A stretch of DNA of 64,000 nt from Flavobacteriaceae bacterium (GTDB taxonomy: Bacteria > Bacteroidota > Bacteroidia > Flavobacteriales > Flavobacteriaceae). Made by a program: the position numbers and the translations under genes. Location of the stretch: positions 156,340-220,339 of the forward strand of contig JAWKMU010000005.1 in the NCBI GenBank assembly GCA_041392065.1, read 5' to 3'. Positions 60,282-64,000 of the stretch are shown here, in pieces (within the stretch, counting starts at the first letter, position 1; each line of letters starts with the position of its first letter). The notes beneath the pieces were generated by a model. That model ran no database searches. It was not told the DNA's origin and saw only the letters and a list, made by a program, of their open reading frames with translations.

Positions 60282-61655
60282 ATGTCTAAAAATTCATATT
60301 TATTACTTATAACCATTATTTCAGCGCTAGGTGGCCTTTTATTTGGCTATGATACAGGTGTAATCAATGGTGCACAATTTTATCTCAGTAAGTATTTTGA
60401 TTTAAGTGATGGTTTAAAAGGATGGGTTGTTGGTAGTGCTTTGTTAGGTTGTTTAATAGGAGCTATTATCGCTGGTTGGTTAAGTATTAAAATAGGACGT
60501 AAATTATCTCTTATTATATCCGCAATATTATTTACAATATCAGCTTATGGTTCTGGTTTACCTGCCATATTTCCAGAAACAATTACAGTATTAGTTATTT
60601 TTAGAATTATTGGTGGTTTAGGAATTGGAATTGCCTCTATGAATGCACCTATGTACATAGCCGAAATAGCACCTAGTGCTTCAAGAGGTAAGATGGTTAC
60701 TTACTATCAATTGGCAATTGTAGTTGGCTTTTTTAGTGTGTTTTTAGCAACGTATTTTATTGGTAATAATTTAAGCCAAACTGATAATATAGCATTTGGA
60801 TGGCGACGAATGTTTTGGTCAGAATTAATACCAAGTATACTTTTCTTGGGTTTGTTATTTTTTGTTCCTAAAAGTCCAAGATGGTTATGTCTAAAAGGAA
60901 AACAAGATGAAGCATTAGAAGTTCTTGAAAAAATACAGAATTCAGAAAGTGCTAAACAAGATATCATCGAAATTAAAAAATCTATAAATAACAAAACCAA
61001 CACATCAAACGTAAACTATTTTTCTAAAACAATTTTAACCATTATTATTATAGGCTCTGTTCTTTCTGCATTACAGCAGTTTACAGGAATAAATGCAGTA
61101 TTGTATTATGGTGCTGATATTTTTGAAAAAGCTTTAGGTTTTGGAGAAGAAGACGTATTGAAACAACAAATTTTACTGGCATTTATTAATGTAATTTTTA
61201 CTCTAATAGCTATGTTTACTGTAGATAGATTGGGTAGAAAGCCATTAATCTATACAGGTTGTATTGGTATGATTGTTGGTTTTCTTTTTTTAGGTATAAC
61301 GTTACAACAACAAGCAGTAGGTCTATTATCTTTAATTGGTATACTAATTTTTATCGCGTCATTTTCACTTTCTATGGGACCGATAGTTTGGGTATTATTA
61401 TCAGAGATGTTCCCAAATAAGATTAGAAGTGTTGCTATGTCAGTAGCTGTAGCGGTTCAATGGGCAGCAAATTATGTAGTGTCTCAGTCGTTTCCAATGG
61501 TTATGGGTAGTGATCTAAATAATAATGCTACTTGGAATGGTTCTTTACCATATTTTATATTCATATTTTTTATTTTATTGATTGTTTTCACCACTTTCAA
61601 ATTTCTTCCAGAAACAAAAGGAAAGAGTTTAGAAGAATTAGAAGATATATGGTAG
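60282..61655 (+). CDS. MFS sugar porter (sugar:H+ symporter family)
   Basis: 457 aa with 12 predicted TM helices. Sugar-porter motifs are GYDTGVINGA, GRKLSL/DRLGRKPL, PESPRW-like PKSPRWL and PETKGKSLEELE. Confidence 0.9.
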   Translation: MSKNSYLLLITIISALGGLLFGYDTGVINGAQFYLSKYFDLSDGLKGWVVGSALLGCLIGAIIAGWLSIKIGRKLSLIISAILFTISAYGSGLPAIFPETITVLVIFRIIGGLGIGIASMNAPMYIAEIAPSASRGKMVTYYQLAIVVGFFSVFLATYFIGNNLSQTDNIAFGWRRMFWSELIPSILFLGLLFFVPKSPRWLCLKGKQDEALEVLEKIQNSESAKQDIIEIKKSINNKTNTSNVNYFSKTILTIIIIGSVLSALQQFTGINAVLYYGADIFEKALGFGEEDVLKQQILLAFINVIFTLIAMFTVDRLGRKPLIYTGCIGMIVGFLFLGITLQQQAVGLLSLIGILIFIASFSLSMGPIVWVLLSEMFPNKIRSVAMSVAVAVQWAANYVVSQSFPMVMGSDLNNNATWNGSLPYFIFIFFILLIVFTTFKFLPETKGKSLEELEDIW

Positions 61656-61748
61656 TTTATAAAAATTTGGGATAATCTCTAAAAATGAGTTCTCAATAAA
61701 TATGAAAATTACACTTTAAAGAGTATCTGAGTTTTTAAAAGAAAAAAA

Positions 61749-62588
61749 TTGAATGTTAGAATTAGGAAAATAATAGATGATTTAAATGAGCAATTAAATT
61801 TTATCAATATTGAACAAGATAATATAATTAAGAGATGTGAAGAGGCTATAGAAGTCATTTTGAAGGCAACAGAAAGTATTAAAGCCCAAGTATTAAAAAA
61901 GCCATTTAATTCACAAACTGAGGAAATTTATTTTTTTAAAGAAACGAAACCAAAATTTACTTCTAAATTAATTTATTATAACAAAATATATAAGATAGAA
62001 ACCAAAAAGCCTCATGGCGGTAGAAGAGCTGTCAAAAACTATTATAAAGAAGAATTGCAAAAGTTAAAACAATTCTTTGATGCAGAATTAGAGTTTTATA
62101 AATACTACAGAACAGGTAGTAGTTATTTAGATTATAAATATTTTGTAAGAGGTAATTTTGATATAAAGCTAAGCTTAGACTCATTATATTTTGAATCAAA
62201 CCATAAGTTTATTACCCTTCATAGTCACAAAGTGGCCAAAATTCTAGCTCATGACCTATTAGAGGTTTATTTCGAAGATAAGCTAAATGAACTTAATCAC
62301 TCTAAAAATATAAAATCACAACACAAACACAACATAAAACTCAATTGGACAGCTTCTAAAGTCGCTCTAATTGAACTTATGTATGCATTGCATTCAGATG
62401 GGACATTCAATAATGGTTCAGCTGATCTCAAAGATATTGCAGCCTATTTTGAAAGTGTTTTTGATATCAACTTAGGGCAGTATAGACGTGCATTTTTAGA
62501 GATAAGAGTTCGCAAATCAGAAAGAACAAAATTCATAAATTCACTAAAAGAATCATTACTAAAACGAATGGATGACAGTGATTATTAA
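61749..62588 (+). CDS. RteC-family protein (regulatory protein of Bacteroidota integrative/conjugative elements)
   Basis: 279 aa. The start codon is apparently the TTG at 61749, because there is no in-frame ATG near the 5' end. The length and the C-terminal block (WTASKVALIELMYALHSDGTFNNGSADLKDIAAYFESVF) match my memory of RteC domain proteins. No search was run. Confidence 0.65.
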   Translation: MNVRIRKIIDDLNEQLNFINIEQDNIIKRCEEAIEVILKATESIKAQVLKKPFNSQTEEIYFFKETKPKFTSKLIYYNKIYKIETKKPHGGRRAVKNYYKEELQKLKQFFDAELEFYKYYRTGSSYLDYKYFVRGNFDIKLSLDSLYFESNHKFITLHSHKVAKILAHDLLEVYFEDKLNELNHSKNIKSQHKHNIKLNWTASKVALIELMYALHSDGTFNNGSADLKDIAAYFESVFDINLGQYRRAFLEIRVRKSERTKFINSLKESLLKRMDDSDY

Positions 62589-62786
62589 AAAATCGTTCAC
62601 AACACAATCCCTGTTGTGAATAAAGAATACCAATTCACTTCATATTTGCCAAACGAAAGTCAAATCAACAGATTCACGAGCTCTTATTTATTAAAAAAAT
62701 AAAGCTCGTGAGCTAAATTAACTTAATAGCTACTGCTACGAATATTATGTTCAAAGCGGTAGCTATTTTAAACTAAAAACTTTATT

Positions 62787-63065
62787 ATGGCAGCAACAAT
62801 TATCACTACAGAAGATCTTCAAGAGTTTAAGCACGAACTATTGGAAGATATCAAAGCAATTATCAATCATCAATCTGGTTTCGCACCAAAAAAGTGGCTC
62901 AAATCACCAGAGGTTCGCGACCTATTAAGTATCTCACCAGGAACATTACAAAATCTTCGCATCAACGGCACACTACCCTACACTAAAGTCGGTGGTGTTA
63001 TCTATTACGACTACGAAGAAATCCTAAAAGTAATGGAGGAAAACCGCATCCATAATAAGTTCTAA
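62787..63065 (+). CDS. excisionase-like helix-turn-helix DNA-binding protein (HTH_17/MerR-like)
   Basis: 92 aa. The block WLKSPEVRDLLSISPGTLQNLRINGTLPYTKVGGVIYYDYEEI is the characteristic pattern of small HTH proteins in Bacteroidota mobile elements. Confidence 0.75.
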   Translation: MAATIITTEDLQEFKHELLEDIKAIINHQSGFAPKKWLKSPEVRDLLSISPGTLQNLRINGTLPYTKVGGVIYYDYEEILKVMEENRIHNKF

Positions 63066-63096
63066 AATTCCCGCGAAGGCGGGAATCTCATCATTT

Positions 63097-63633
63097 ATGG
63101 AAGAAGTAAACTACATCAAACACCTTAACACCATATTCCAACATTTTTCAAAAGACAACCGATTAAATCCAACACATATAAGCCTGTATATGGCCTTATT
63201 TCAAGTTTGGAATAGTACACGGTTTCCTGAAGAGTTTTTTGTAATACGTGATGAGGTTATGAAACAATCCAAAATAGGTTCAAAATCAACCTATCATCGC
63301 TGTTTAAAAGAGTTGCATAAATACGGATATATTCAGTACGAACCATCACACAATCCGTATCGAGGTAGCAAAATTAAGTTGATTAAAAATTGGACAAGTA
63401 CTGGACAAGCTCTGTACCAGTACAGTCCCAAAATCGGGACAAGCAGTGGACAAGCATTGGTACCTAAATATAAACATAATAAAACAGTAATAAACAATAT
63501 AAACAGTAAAGAAGAAAATTTTAAAAATTCAGATTTTATTGATTCTGAAAATAATGGCAAACATAACAGCAGTGCCCCAAATATGGACAACCTAAAGACG
63601 ACTAAAAACAAAAACTATAACGAGCCTCTTTGA
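63097..63633 (+). CDS. mobile-element backbone protein, probable winged-helix DNA-binding domain, function unknown
   Basis: 178 aa. The N-terminal roughly 95 aa (HISLYMALFQVWNSTRF...SKSTYHRCLKELHKYGYIQYE) look like a winged-helix domain. The C-terminal half is low complexity with a duplicated TS[TS]GQAL. Confidence 0.55.
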   Translation: MEEVNYIKHLNTIFQHFSKDNRLNPTHISLYMALFQVWNSTRFPEEFFVIRDEVMKQSKIGSKSTYHRCLKELHKYGYIQYEPSHNPYRGSKIKLIKNWTSTGQALYQYSPKIGTSSGQALVPKYKHNKTVINNINSKEENFKNSDFIDSENNGKHNSSAPNMDNLKTTKNKNYNEPL

Positions 63634-63640
63634 CACATTA

Positions 63641-63699
63641 TGTCATCCTGAACTTGTTTCAGGATCTCATCGTCATTGCGAACAAAGTGAAGCAATCTC
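63641..63699. repeat. intergenic repeat units of the same families as 38854-38990
   Basis: tgtcatcctgaacttgtttcaggatctc (hairpin unit, 63641-63668), then gtcattgcgaacaaagtgaagcaatctc (63672-63699). Confidence 0.75.
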
Positions 63700-63838
63700 A
63701 TAAATACATGTATGAACACAAATCAACCTCACATAATCATCGAAAAAGGCGACCGAACGTTAAGAAAATGTCCAGTGGACATTTTTAGTGAAGGGGCGAG
63801 CTGGCGCATAGGGTTATAGAAGAATTAAAATACTTGCA

Positions 63839-64000
63839 ATGAATAAAATGACACCTCACATAATTCAAGAAAAGGGTATTGAATACAAACTTGGCGAGTT
63901 AAAAGACAATTGTATTCATTATGATTTCAAAAGCATACTCATTTATCTCGATGCAAAAGGAAAGTTGCTATTTGGCAAAAACTTCAAGATTTATGAAGAA
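63839..64000 (+). CDS. hypothetical protein, 5' partial (continues beyond the window)
   Basis: I translated by hand from the ATG at 63839: MNKMTPHIIQEKGIEYKLGELKDNCIHYDFKSILIYLDAKGKLLFGKNFKIYEE. The frame is open to the window end. By position it is probably the next backbone gene (primase, helicase or mobilization), but I cannot assign it. Confidence 0.4.
   Translation, partial: MNKMTPHIIQEKGIEYKLGELKDNCIHYDFKSILIYLDAKGKLLFGKNFKIYEE

Larger units (their letters stand above)
50815..64000. mobile_element. integrative (probably mobilizable or conjugative) element inserted next to tRNA-Arg; the right end lies beyond the window
   Basis: A tyrosine integrase gene lies 230 nt after the tRNA-Arg 3' end. 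RteC, an excisionase-like HTH protein and a winged-helix backbone protein follow at 61.7-63.6 kb, with cargo genes between. I found no second copy of the tRNA 3' end (attR) inside the window. Confidence 0.6.

Overview
This 64 kb window is AT-rich and looks like chromosome from a Bacteroidota, Flavobacteriaceae-like bacterium. The taxon call rests on many 'SCK'-type lipoprotein signals, TAnnTTTG -7 promoter boxes, a T9SS C-terminal sorting domain and the overall gene content.

Most of the window is densely packed housekeeping:
- serA-serC
- ychF
- topoisomerase IV parE/parC
- gcvT-glsA
- thrABC
- nnr and hutH
- a ClpC-type ATPase
- gyrA
- a thiolase
- a 7TM-HD protein
- a tRNA-Ser/Pro/Arg cluster

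Three parts are accessory or unusual:
1. A 6.6 kb gene (32210-38782) encodes a 2190-aa secreted protein. It is built from about 20 tandem Cys-rich units of roughly 80 aa with a 'TRTWTATDxxGN' motif, and it ends in a T9SS type-A sorting domain. Several DNA repeats inside it are nearly identical.
2. An integrative element starts next to tRNA-Arg (TCT) at about 50.8 kb and runs off the window. Its backbone is a tyrosine integrase plus RteC, an excisionase-like HTH protein and a winged-helix protein. The backbone is split by a tightly packed cargo operon under a divergent AraC regulator. The operon encodes a PhyH dioxygenase, a TIM-barrel isomerase, a GH127-like enzyme, a GH13 enzyme, an S1 sulfatase and an MFS sugar porter.
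3. A small islet at 7.5-8.8 kb holds a membrane-protein gene interrupted by one in-frame TAA.

Smaller observations:
- a small membrane-protein gene overlaps both parE and parC
- a Thr-rich candidate leader peptide lies upstream of thrA
- short hairpin and repeat families recur in several intergenic regions

I see no CRISPR array, reverse transcriptase, restriction-modification pair, toxin-antitoxin pair or other recognisable defence module. The novelty candidates are therefore the giant repeat protein and the island cargo. Both are inference from sequence only.
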